From Phoronis australis (taxonomy: Eukaryota; Animalia; Phoronida): a DNA stretch of 64,000 nucleotides. The stretch covers positions 599,479-663,478 of the forward strand of contig NMRA01000186.1 in the NCBI GenBank assembly GCA_002633005.1. Direction: 5' to 3'. This document shows positions 49,997 to 62,500 of the stretch, one piece after another. The notes below the pieces were generated by a model. It had not been told where the DNA came from. It was given only the letters and a program-made list of their open reading frames with translations, and searched no databases. Numbering within the stretch: position 1 is the stretch's first letter; each line of letters starts with the position of its first letter. Made by a program: the position numbers and the translations under genes.

Positions 49997-52900
49997 ATCG
50001 CCAGCAATATTTTCCTTAATGTTTACTCGTGGCGTTCAAAGGCGCTCGTGCGTGTGATCTTTTGTACGCCAGTTTTCATACATAAAACTACGCCAGCTTA
50101 ATTGACTGCTTTAAAGACAGACAAAGTGGTCTTTAGGTTCCCTTAACAGCAGGGAAGTTTTGTTCCTGCACCCATTGGAGATGCGAGTCATTTTTGGTTC
50201 AAAATCTCAGAAAGTTCGTATGAATTTGCATGCCCTTAAATACTTAAGTTCCAGACACGATGGACTACATGTACATGTACTTGTAGACACGGATTCATTG
50301 AGACATTCCTCCATCAATCTATCGGTAACGTACATTATACTCTCCTAGCTAGCTACACGAGTGTGTTCATACAGCTTTGCGCCAACACTAAGTACATTTA
50401 GGCCTACAATGTTGCTTAGGTAGGCTGCAAGCTATATTAACTGCTTCGGGTTAAGGTAAAAGTGAGCTACATGTAAACAAGATTTGATACAAAACTGTCG
50501 CCTTTAAGATTTTAAAACTTTAACGATGCTGAGATGCACCGTTTCTGTAGCTTGATATTGAGGATTTTTCTGAATAGTTTTGTAGCAGGTGTGTTTTTGC
50601 GGCTGAGGAAAGCGTGAATGGAGTGAGTAAATATCTTTTCATGGGCGGCGCACCGTAGGGGGCTTGGGGCTATAGCCCCCACCTTTTCAATGCTGCACCG
50701 CCCCCATGCTTTTCAATTATGTTTTGTGGAATAATTAATAAGTTTTGGATGAAAGTTGCGGAGGCTCTTGGCTTTAGTGAGTAGTATTGGTAATAATGGA
50801 GCCGTGGAAGTGTTATACAAAAATCAGCGTATCTTGAGGGGACATTTCTTTGTCGCTTGGATGAATCAACATTGATATCATCATGAAAATCTGAGAAAAA
50901 TGGGGGTAAGAGCTTATTGCAAGACTGATAGAAAACTTTTAGACAGGAAATATGGAAATGTCGTTCTAGGAAAAAGATTCAGTGACCGAAAAAACAGGTC
51001 AGTATGAGCTAGGAAGTACTATGATGAGGTAATATTTGGAACAGCACATTTTTGTAATACTTGTAGTCGACGGCAGTTGAGGAAACCCCAGCGCAACGCA
51101 CTGTCGCGGGTAACTCCGATCTGGGTCCGCGCGAGACTCATTGCCCGCGGAACGTCGTCATAGACGAGTCCTGTGGTTGCAGTTTTTATTGTCGCTTTTA
51201 CACAATTGTTCCAATAGCCCAGACAAATTCTCAGGGATGACATAATTGCCATGAAATCCGATCTGGGATGCGGCACCGGCGATTCCGCGCTGGGCCAGCT
51301 AGTCAAATGAGTGGCCGAGGGAAGGATTTGATGACCCAAATGAAACGTTCTCAACGGAGTTACCGAAAATATCTGCTAAGACTGGTTGTTACAGGATGGA
51401 ATTTCACTGCGGCCTAAAAGTACATTAGGCGGGCTATGCGCGTTCGCTCAAGTTAAACAACCGGACTGTGAGTACTTCAGACATTTGGAGGTTACGCTGA
51501 TTTTGGGGGTCTCCCTCTAAAATGTTTCAGAATTTAAACGTGTTAACCTGAATTTACATGCATTGCATTAGTCTTGGTAGGTTTCGCTGTTCAATGCATA
51601 TTTAAAAACATCAAAGAAATCCTCGTTTACGGCAGTCAATATTTTAAAGATTTCAAACTTTGGTAAAACTTTCAGACCACCTAATCTTCAAAATCTCCTC
51701 TGACTATCCACGCTCGACAATGCAATGACGCACGAAAACATTACCATCTTCAAATTAAATGTATAGTATTACTGATTGGAATACTCTTGTTGCGAAAATA
51801 ATATTATGACACTACCGGGTATTATTCACAAACAGAGGTATTCGAGGCTGCCAAACATTCAACTTTTCCAAGTCCACAAAAATTGTTTCATGTGTACTTT
51901 TATTCATTTGTGATAAATTGCCATAACCCAACAACTGGCATTTTCCGAGTACTATTTTCAGATTTTGTCGGTCGTTTTTACCCCACAAGGGAATTGTTTA
52001 CTTGTCGTTCTGCGTAAACATGTAACGAGTAACGAGTAGGTACGAAAAAGATTAACGATACATAAATTGGCGATCCGGCCTACCGTTGGAGCGCTTAGTG
52101 CTGTACATGATACCGGTGGCGGATTAAGCATGACGAGGTACGTGTTACAATTAAGTCGAAGCCCAGGGCCCCCACTCAAATGCTCATACAACGATTATCG
52201 CAAAACAAAAGGAAAGTAGGGTGTAATTTTTACTTTTGAGTTGTAAGCAAGTGAGGTGGTTTCTACACGACGAGACAGATTGTCTCGGCTTGTGCAGTGC
52301 TAGCCAAGAATAAATTGGACAATTTCATGAATCACCGCTAATCAGGGGCTTCGCGATTGCGACAATTATGATATATATATATATATGAATAATACCTATG
52401 CCAAATATATACCGGACGGGTACATTTTGTGCAAATTTCGCAGACTTTGTCGTCCAAGAGCCCGCTCCAAAACTGACTTAAGTTCAATTTTGTCTGTTAA
52501 GTCTAAAATTTGTCTCAAAGGCAAACTTTGAAACTTACACATCCCCCTTTCTTGAAACAGACTTTAGAAAGGAATTGACCAAAATATATTTTTGACAAGC
52601 TTTCGCGTTCCATACCTCTTTAGAAAACCCAACCAAACTTTAATTCAAGAATCGTCATAAAACCAAACAGACGCGTTATGATTAGTGAATCTCTGCACTT
52701 TTAGGGACCCGGCGCAGACTTTTATGAACATGTTTTGAGCAGCACGAAAACACCTATATTTTTTAACATCGCTTACTCATTGGGGCCCCGCACTCGTGAC
52801 CCTACACATAATGAAAATGGCGGTACCCCATCACTAACATCCCACTGGAAATCGGGTTCGCATCACGAGGCCAGTGCTTTCATAGCCGTCGAAACATGTG

Positions 52901-53936
52901 CGCACACGTTTGGTGCCCTTAAAAATGCTGTGATCGCGATGCCGCTCAACAAAGCGGGGGGCCCGTAGTATATGTGCACATGCAACTTCTGCTACGTTAT
53001 TAATCTGGCACAGCATACAACTCGATCGCGAGCGTTTCTTATTAGGATCAACCTGCTTATAGCAGAGCCCTATTTTCTTGACGTTCACGAAATGAAACAA
53101 AAATGCGGGAGGGATCAAGGGGCACAAATTCAGATCCCGTCGTCCACAACTTCTGCTCCATAACCCATTCGTCGCAAACATCTCTGGTCTTGGTGACGGT
53201 AGCGATCTAGACTAGAACACGTGACGCGAGTTAGATACGATTTTAGGATATAATTTTGACTTTCAGTAGTATTGTATTTTAAGAATGAAATTCACTTGAT
53301 CATTGAGCCAAATAATCTTTAGGCCCATATAAAAAGTATCAAAAGCAGCTGCGAAATCCGGTGAAATACAGGAAGAAATAAAAATCACCTTGGAAATGTG
53401 TAGCCTAGACGCGTACCGGAAACCTGGTTTATAGGTTCATCAATTTTAGAAAGTGAAAATGAGGATATGATGCAGTTTGAAAAAAGTTCTTTTTATTAGC
53501 CTATGGTTTAAAGAAAGTGTACTTTGACTAAATGAGGAGGTTCCGTCGGAGCTCCCTCGGGTACATTGCTGTACGCAAAGGTCGTTTCGAAATCAATTCT
53601 TGGAACACGTTCAAACGCGTTTGTGTTGGGTGCCGGATTACTTCAGACAGGCAAAAATCATCTGCCGCATGTTGCTGTCGGCTGACGCACATTTTCTTAA
53701 AGTGTACGCAACATGACTCTAGTACCTCAAAATAAATTTTATTATTATATCTTACTTGATTTCAGTGCCTTTAGTGCACAGCTCATAAAGAAACACGTAA
53801 AAATTGAAAAAAATAATAATTATGTACAACGTCATGGGTTGAACCCAAGTCGTTCGGCACACTGTTCGGATTCAGCAACTAAGTGTATAGAGTGAAGTGA
53901 AAGTAAAGTATATTTAGCGTCGAGAAGGTTCGTAGA

Positions 53937-54200
53937 GTGATGAAAAGATGTGTTTGCGGAGGCTGCAGCAACAGCAGTCAGACGGAGAACGTCTCGGTGT
54001 TCCGAAGGACGCCAAAGTTGCGCAGTAGTGGCATCGCTTCGTGCGCCGAACGAGAGTGTGGGACCTCAGCGTGGACCAAGCGATTCTGTCCGGAGCCACT
54101 CTGTGTTATGTCCATTTTGAGAAGTCGTCTTTCGACTCCAATCAGAGGAGATGTTACGATGAAGGCCTGGTTCAATAAAGGACAATATTTACTATTCAGA
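53937..54200 (+). pseudogene. THAP zinc-finger remnant from a DNA transposon (Kolobok/Harbinger/P-type)
   Basis: MKRCVCGGCSN... then, in a shifted frame, PKD.KVAQ*WHRFVRRTRVW...LCYVHFE..F, giving the C2CH THAP signature with a frameshift and a stop. Confidence 0.7.
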
Positions 54201-54889
54201 AACATCGGCTCTTTATTCAGGATCGTCTGTTGGATGACTGGGTTGACTGGCCGAGCCCGAGGCCGCTTCTCTAGCGGGAGGATCCACTTCGTAAGGCCCC
54301 GAAGTAGAAAAGTACGCAGCTGAAAACATATCAAACTCGTTCTCGCTCTCGTGCAACCCCATTTCGTCATCCTGGCCACCATTCTCGTACGTTTCTTCAT
54401 AGTATTTGTTCATTTCTTGCTCATAATCGTTGTGGCTTTCAAATTCCCTACTCTCCGCCGTTGTTCAATGCTAGTCGCTGATCTCTTGTGTTCAACCCAT
54501 GATGTCACATGGCGGGAAATGTGAAAATTGGCAAAAATTGAAAGAGAAATCAAAATTTCGAGCTAATGACACAAAATAATCATGGATTTGGCTAAATTTT
54601 ACGTCATACATCTAGTCTGTGGCCACTGGTAATTCGAAATGTGCAAAAATCCATGGTGTGTACTGTTTAAATCTCGGCCCGGCGTCTGCATCTTAGCTCA
54701 CAGAGGCATAACCAAGATTGCCTTAGTCGTGACTAAATCTTATGTTTTAATCAGCGACAGGATCTTCTTCTCAATCATTCGTTCTCCTCACATTGTTAAA
54801 ATGCATTGATTTTTCATTCCCGTCATATATCTATAGGTAATTTCAGTATCTCAAATATAAAATTTAATACTGAAATAGACAGAGTTAAA

Positions 54890-55450
54890 ACATTTCGTTT
54901 GTGGCTTAGGACAAATAATTCAAGACTCAAAGGTCGTCGTGGGGATATCACATCGATGGCGTACGTCGTAAAATAAGCAAGTTTTCTGGTGTTTTAAACA
55001 GGAGGTTATAACACTACATTTCAGTATTGAGAATATTTTATAACAGTAAAATATTGCCTCACCTAAATTATAGTACACTACCACGGGGCAGCGAACATAA
55101 GCAATGATTCGGTTTGCAGAAGAAAGTTATTAGAATTATACATTTTTGAAAATATGTCTCATTGTGCGATCTTAAAATTGAAGATTTATATATGTCTGCC
55201 GTTACCAAATTTTTTTATAAATGTGTTAACCACATGCTAGCAGTTTCTGTACTATCAATATTGCTCCCCGTTCTAGCATTCACCATTACAACAGGCGACG
55301 AAATGTATTACAAACTGACTTTTGTTCTGAAAATGCTTTTTTAAAAATTCTCTGCGTAATGTTTTGCCTATCCTTAAAAACAGCCTTCCATATTAATTGT
55401 ATCCTAGACAAGATTTATACACATTCTCTATTAAGTGTAATAAATTATCT
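54890..55450 (+). mobile_element. Highly decayed non-LTR (LINE) 3' fragment
   Basis: Broken frames resembling a post-RT region (HID...KISK..GVL.R; QKKVIRII; LKIEDLY...KFFYKC). Confidence 0.45.
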
Positions 55451-56769
55451 AAGAAGCTTTATTTGCTGTTATATCTATCTAATGTGGCGGTAAACCACAG
55501 AAGGGCTAGATGGCTATAGCACCACATTTTTCAGTGCTGTGGCGCCCATGAGTTACTTTTGTATACTTTATGGGTGACCCTGGGGTAAAGTCTTTCGCAG
55601 TTAATTTCCTAATTCAATAAGAATTTTTAGTTTTGTATTCTACAGGGCATGAAATAAACGCCGCCGCCACCACCACCATGTTACGAGCTGTGAAACGTCG
55701 CGTTCTACGGTGATTTTGTTATCGCAGACTTTGCCCAATTCTTAATACCAACAAAACAAGTTTCAGTCAAACCAGCGTTCAATTAGCAGTAAAATGCTTA
55801 GATTTTCCAGACTTTTCGATACTTTCCAGCTAAACTAGGCGGGGATTGAAGGCGAGCGTGTACGGTCCTTCCGCCTTTCGGGAAACTGCACGTAGTCGTC
55901 CGCACTAGTGAAAGAATTACACTGACGATGGTACTAAGCGTTTATTCTAAACCAATACTTCTCAAATTCTAGACAATGTGGTTTAAAAACAGAGGATTAG
56001 ATAAAATGAATAACATTAAAAGTTTATATAAAAAGAATGAATTAAATATGCACAAATCTACAAATACTAGAAAGACAGCAGATATACACCAGGTAAAGAA
56101 CGACACAAAGGCATTTAAGCAGACATTGAAAAATACATAATAACACTTCAAAAGATATATGTCATATAAACACTTAAAAAGAAATACGCCATAAAACACT
56201 AAAAAAGATATAAGTCATAAAAATTAGATAAAGCCGTAGCAGAGTGAGCGACATGAGCTAAATCAACTTCACTCGGCTCGAAGAAATTCAAACAATACCA
56301 GGAACGAGTCGAACGACTTGAATTCGGGTCACAGAGTACATTTGGTTCTGGCAATCTGATATGGTATTTCAGTTGTCAACAAGTCAAAGAGGTAACTAGT
56401 ATCTACAAATGCAAATGACATAATATTCACATATTTAACAGTATCTCACTCTCTGAAGCCTATTTTGCCGAAGGTTGCTTAGCCAGTCGTATCTTGGATT
56501 TTTACCGACACACTTTATAAAAAGTGTTTTGTGACCTATAAGTATGAACCTGAACAATGATAAGTTTAGACCACGTCTACGTTTCCTACCATGAATAACA
56601 CAGCATGGCACTCGCGATAACATTGTTGTCACTGCAGCTACGACCAGGCCTACGCCAATAGTTGTCACTGCAGCTACGACCAGGACTACGACCATGGATA
56701 AAACGAGTTTACTACCTTGAAAAGCATCTTCACTGCTTTTCGAAGTACAAAAGAAGAGGTCACTGACGA

Positions 56770-58631
56770 AAAGATCAATGCGGAACGTTGAAATGCGACC
56801 ATGACTGTTTCTCATTATCACATAAATAGCCATTAGATGACGAAGGTTAAACCCGTCCGAAATTGGGAAAGCCCTATTGTCTCTATTTCAAAACTATTTG
56901 GCAAATTTCATAAAAGTCTACCAAGGAACTCCAAAGATACAGAGACAAACCTACAATAAACAAATTGTCATTAGAGGGCACAGTGGTAATCGAATCCATC
57001 CATCTGTGGTCACCTGCCAATTTCCAAAATGACCATCTGAGCCGCTTGACCTACAGGAGCACACACCAAAAAGCAGATTCAAAAATAATTGACATAGTCA
57101 CTACACTAAATACGTGGAATCCAACACAAATTCAAAAGGTCACATCATCTTCGCAAATGAAAATTATTCGCTAAACCTTAAGAAAACACGCCACTGCAGT
57201 GGTAAAAAATAATAACACTACTGGAGGGGGGGGTGCATGGTGGTAGTCAGTATTGTTCAAAGTCAAGGTCAGTCATTGCCACATCGAAAGAAAAACACTG
57301 GCAAAAGTTGATAAGGCATCAGGAGCTACAGTCAAGGTTCCCAAAAATACATAATTACCACCAGGGGACGCCATAGGGCCTAAGGACGTCACCTCCATCC
57401 AAAATTTCCATGTCAGCCATGGTCTTCGCATGTGGAACACAAATGCTACGATTCAAAACGATCCTTTGAGTAGTTTGGCAGATAAAGAGGCGGATGCTAA
57501 AAAACGAACTCAAAATAACGCAAGGGGCCAAAAGATGACACACAATGCATTGAACTTGTTTGAGAAGAGAAAGATTTAGTTGTCACCTTAACAGAAACCT
57601 ACTTTCCAAAAATCCATCAATGAAGTCCAAAAATACAGATGAACATAAAAAATCCAACACTGCCACTAGGGGGCACACTTGTAATCAGATTTGTCGGAAA
57701 TTTGTCATAATCTGTAATCATCTCTGAAGGAATATATCTGCCAGATCCTCTATAGAGTTAAGGAGATACAGCCATGGACCCCAAAAATGTCACTAGGGGT
57801 TGCTGCAGAATTCAAACCCCTCCGAAAATCAGTGTCAGCATTGGTCTTCTCATCAGGAAAACATCTGCCAATTTTCATAATGATCATTTGAGTGGTTTAG
57901 CGAATAGGCAGGTGGATGTCAAAAACTAAAAATTGTTAAACTTACCACCAGGTGTTGCAGAATACATCAAACCCATCCGAAAACAGGAAGGCGTCATTGT
58001 CTCTTCAACAGAAATCTATTTACTAAATTTCATGAAAATCCATCAAGGAACGCAAAAGATACAGAACCAAATGTAAAACAACAATAAAACTGCCACTACG
58101 GTGCACACCTGTATTCCGAAAGGTCTGAAACTCCTCGTCATCCGTTATCATCTTCATAGAAATATATCTGCCAGATTTCACAGAGATCCTTTGAAGAGTT
58201 AACAAGATACAACTGTCCATTTTCATAATGATCTATAAGCGGTTTGGTGGATAGGAAAGCCATCGTCAAAAACTTACTCAAAAATTTTAAATATTTTTAC
58301 CAGGTGACGCAGAATTCGTCAAATCCCGTCTGAAGACTGGAAGACATCATGGTCTTTTAAACAGATACCTGTACGCCAAGTTTCATGAAAATCCATCAGG
58401 GAGCTACAAAGATACAGAGGCAAACATAAAAACACAATTGCTACTAAGGGGCACAGTGGTAGTAGAATTGGTCTGAAATACGGTTGTCGTCAGCTTCATA
58501 AAAACTCGTCTGACAAATATCATTATGATCCTACAAGGGGTTTAGGAGATATAGCCCTGTACACCGGACTGCAAAATGGACGCCCTAACAGAGATGACGG
58601 CAATATGCACTCACATGTGGACGCACAAAAA
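56770..58631 (+). mobile_element. Third, more diverged HINE/satellite copy
   Basis: 5' motif AATGCGGAACGTTGAAATGCGACCA, degenerate subunits (e.g. TGCCACTAGGGGGCAC at 57661) and 3' end CACATGTGGACGCACAAAAA. Confidence 0.7.
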
Positions 58632-58835
58632 TGACATAAAGTTGTAGCTAAGTTCTCATTGTAGATAGTGTAGTGCCATTGTGGATGTCTAGCTCAGGCA
58701 CTCCACAAACCAAGGGTCTCAAACAGTAACTGATGTTGCCTTCCACGAACATTGCGTCAACAAGAGGACGTAGACTTATAGTAACTGTACATGCATTGGA
58801 GCAACGAAAACTTAATACAGCACTGCCGCAAAGTC

Positions 58836-60919
58836 CTACACTTTTAAGGGCACCAGCCTATGTTCTGTGATCTTGAATTGGGCAAGTGTGGCGGCTATTG
58901 TTGTTTTCAACGAATGGTCTAAGTTGACCGTATAGGGTAAGAAATTTTCCAAATCCTTTAGCTTAAATTGGTGTATTTGAAGAAATCTTGTGAAGAGTTC
59001 AGGATCGTAATCTAAACTCAGCAGTGACTTCCAGTCTGCTGGTGTAGAAAGCTTTTTCTCATTCTCCTCATAGACATCAAGCAGCAACCGATCTTTATCT
59101 ACGCTAGTGCCAAAGATGGTAGCCAATTGACACGTGTCTTCATAAATCTGAATCAACCAGCTTATTCTGTAAGGCCATTGCTCTGTCAGCAGCACCCACC
59201 AGGCAACATCACGAACATCTTTGATGGGCCTTTGACTACCTTGTTTATTCGACCTCTCAATTAACTTCATAACCAAGAGCAAGATATTGCAGATGCGAGT
59301 CATGTTGCGAGGATTGGCAAACACAAGTTCTGGTTGCAACTTATACTGATTTAAAGCCAGGATCAGTGGATTTTCTGAAGCAACTGTTGAACCATCGTCC
59401 CTTGGAGGAGCATTCTTTGCAGTTCCATCAACAACATCTTTCTTCAATGGTATTCCATTACCCTCAGCAGCAGGAGCATTACTTAAAGCGGGATTACCAT
59501 TGGAGGCTGATGGAAGAGCAGTTCTTCTATCATGGCTTTTGAGTTGGATAGCTTCAAGTTTCTGATTTAGAAAATCACAGACTTTATCACCGGTAATATC
59601 AGGAATGCAGAATGGAAGCTGCACAATCTTCTTCAAATACTCGTGTCCGTTGATGTTAGCATCCAGCAACACTTGACTGAAAGACTGCTCCACTGCTTTC
59701 ACTACAATTCGTGGATCTATGGCAATCACAGAAATAAAAGGCGAGGAGTCGTCGGACAATAAAATGTTAATGGCCTCCAGAATCTTGAGAATCTTCTTAT
59801 CTTCAACCCTGTCCAAGTCATCTATGACGAGCAAAATTCGAAACCTCTTCTGATACAAGCATTCCATGAATGCGACAAGATGCTGGACAAGCAAAACCTC
59901 CATGCGAATCTTGTGCATGAAACCGAGTTGCTCTTCAAACTGAGGCCCAGTCATCTGCTGCTGCAGGTTGGATATTCTCTCTGCTTGTGATGTGTAAAGA
60001 CTCTTGGAGATGTTATAGACAGATATGATTTGTGACAGTGTCGCTGCTCCCAACAATCCACCACTGACAGCCTGAAGTATGACAGCAATGTCGACAGTAC
60101 TCAGAACAGTTGAATATATGATAATAGTCATTATAGAGACGAAAACAAAAGTACAAAATCCCAGCCATCCAAGGTATTTGGGCAATGAATCAAAAATCAC
60201 TGTTCTGTCTTCCACTGGGACACTGTAGCAATTGGTTTGTGCATCATAGGAGTGTCCCATAGTGCTTTGGGAGGCACTAGTCTGACCAACCCTCTTGGCC
60301 TGGTCCACCGGTTGTCCACTCTTATTGGTGTCTTTCTGCACGAGATCCTCTAGTTGTTCGCTAACGTCAGCCTCTACTACACGGAACAGTCTCGTCTTCC
60401 AGTAGCCAAATTTCTTCTCCACGGCACTGCACAGGTTAGTAACTATACCCGCCCACAAGAAGTCTGAGCCTGCGTACTCCCATGCATTGAAATTGACTTG
60501 GATAATTTCTAAAGGTGCTGAATGGGAGTCTACTTTCTCTGGATGTTGCGGCTTCTTGCACAACAATAGAACAAACAGCTTGTTGATTTCCTCCAGAGAA
60601 ACGCTTGAGCTGTATTTACCTAGTATACACATGCAACATGTTGCTATGACGAGAACAACAAAAATAAGACCGACTGTACCAAGCCACGTGAGCACCGGGA
60701 CAGGACTTGCTGGTGTCTGTGTGGTAGTTACTGCTGATGTGTTGAATACTGGAGAAGGCATGTCCTTCAAACCAAACCAAAACATCACAACACAGGCACC
60801 AGTGGCGACACACATGAACAAAAGAAGGAGGAGGATTAAATAAGCTAAAAACGGTACTTTTATGGAGCAACACGGAGCTTTGTGAAAGCTTGTCTTGGTT
60901 TCCGCTTCGTTGTTCTTTG
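58836..60919 (-). CDS. NKPD1: KAP-family P-loop NTPase (NKPD1/Kidins220-like), large terminal exon
   Basis: ttccag phase-1 acceptor at 60920-60921. Motifs VNFNAWEYAGSDFLWAGIV, Walker B LLVIDDLDR, YLKKIVQLPF, NPRNMTRI, WVLLTEQWPYR and LDYDPELF, with two pairs of TM helices inserted in the NTPase. Confidence 0.92.
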
Positions 60920-61134
60920 CTGGAATAAAAATTATGTCTGAATCAATAAAACATAGAGATGTGGATTTCTTGCTAAATACTCAGCTATTATAGAGTGAGA
61001 CAAGCTTTCCTCAAACTGAACAACATTCTGAAAGTACCACTGTTAAATCAAAACCTCACTGCACTGCTTAGATTCACTGTGTGTTGGACAATGCAGACTA
61101 CAACAAAACCTGCATTTTTAATGGAGTTATATAG

Positions 61135-61347
61135 TAGGTAAATAAAGCAACAAGAATGGATCAACTGAAATTTTTGGATACAATAACATCCTTCGTCAAC
61201 AAAAACAGAAATAAAGTAAAATAAAACACTATATGACAATTGACACTTAAAAGTGTGTGATTTTGCTTTATTTCTGTTTCTGTTGACGAAGGATGTTATT
61301 ATATCCGAAAATTTCAGTTGATCCATTTTTGTTGTTTTATTTACCTA
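61135..61347. repeat. ~90-bp-arm palindrome with a hammerhead-like motif, in the KAP NTPase intron
   Basis: Arms 61135-61225 / 61260-61347. TTGACGA-A-GGAT...ATCC-GAAAATTTC at 61283-61315 resembles a PLE hammerhead with a C3U change. Confidence 0.6.
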
Positions 61348-61882
61348 ATATATTCTACATTTCGTGAAACAATAGTATCCTTGAGAGGATCTGGATCGTG
61401 TTATTTAGTTTCAGATTTATTTTCTCCATTAATGGAGTTAAAATTTCTTTGTGCTCATTTTTGCAGACAAATACTAACTAAACTAGCACTGTTTCTCTGC
61501 CAGTATGTATAAAATTGCCGTTCCCCGAAATACCTTGGAGACACTTTGAATTTGTGTTGTTTAACCATAATACCACACTAAAGCAGGAAACTTATATGAC
61601 TATAATGTTCTCTGGAAGCACATTAGTAACAATTTTACATCCAGATTGTCTCATCACTGTCCTGTCACAATAGCACAGCCACTTATTCTACAGATGTCTG
61701 CATCTGGCAGGCTCAATGAGCAATGATATGTTTTTCTATACAATTCCCACTCAGCACAAGAGTGTGAGTTGGTGGCAGAACTGTTTTAAAAACTAGGCCA
61801 ATCATACAATGCAATTTTCTACTTCCTAAATGATAAATAAATTAATAAAAAAAATCAACCAATGTTTTATGCGGCAACAAAC

Positions 61883-62084
61883 CTTCTACTTCATTTGTTA
61901 ACTGGTCCAACAGAAAAGTCTTTCCTTTTCCCCAGTTGCCATAGATACCAACAGTAATTCCAGTTGGTACATCACTGTCTACTAGAAGGCTAACCAACTC
62001 TTGTGCGTAGTCTTGGTAACCAAGGCAGTCCCTTTTTCCTGCTGAACCATCGCCAGTGATGTGCGCATCTTGGACTATGAAGTT
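61883..62084 (-). CDS. NKPD1: KAP NTPase exon with Walker A
   Basis: ttttcag|NFIVQDAHITGD...DCLGYQDYAQELVSLL...ITVGIYGNWGKGKTFLLDQL; the G|gtttgt phase-1 donor is compatible with the next exon. The start-codon exon was not resolved. Confidence 0.9.
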
Positions 62085-62129
62085 CTGAAAACAATCACTT
62101 ATGACCATCAGTATGATTGAGACAAAGAA

Positions 62130-62500
62130 TGGTCAAAAGTGAGATGAAAGAGGATGGTAAGGTAAAGAAGGATGCAAAATGGAGGCAAGGACAAGGATAT
62201 GGGAGCAAGGTAGAGAAAGAAGTAGAGAAGAGGAGGGCGAAGAAAGAGGTAAGATTTAAGGCAAGGTCGGGAAATGGGAGGTAGGGGGACAAAAAAGAGC
62301 AAAGAGAACAGTGAAGAAAGTGTTAGATGGGAGAAGGGGAAGAGAAAAAGAAAAAGAAAAAAGAAGAAATGAGGAGGGTGGAGGTGAGAATGAGGGGAAA
62401 GGCAGGAAAATGTGAGGGAGGTGAGAAAGAGGAAAAAAGAAGAGAGTGATGTAGGTAAGGGAGAGGGAAGACAAAAAGGAGAGAAAGGGATGGTGAAGCA
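62130..62500. repeat. Polypurine/polypyrimidine low-complexity tract (second tract at ~63500-63740)
   Basis: The plus strand is almost entirely A/G over ~370 bp. Confidence 0.85.

Noticed and set aside
51019-53181. GC-richer patches with 110-115-aa ORFs
   Set aside because: No recognisable motifs or consistent splice structure. Possibly repeat-derived or regulatory.
55915-55960. CTGACGA as another hammerhead core
   Set aside because: No stem II followed by GAAA downstream.
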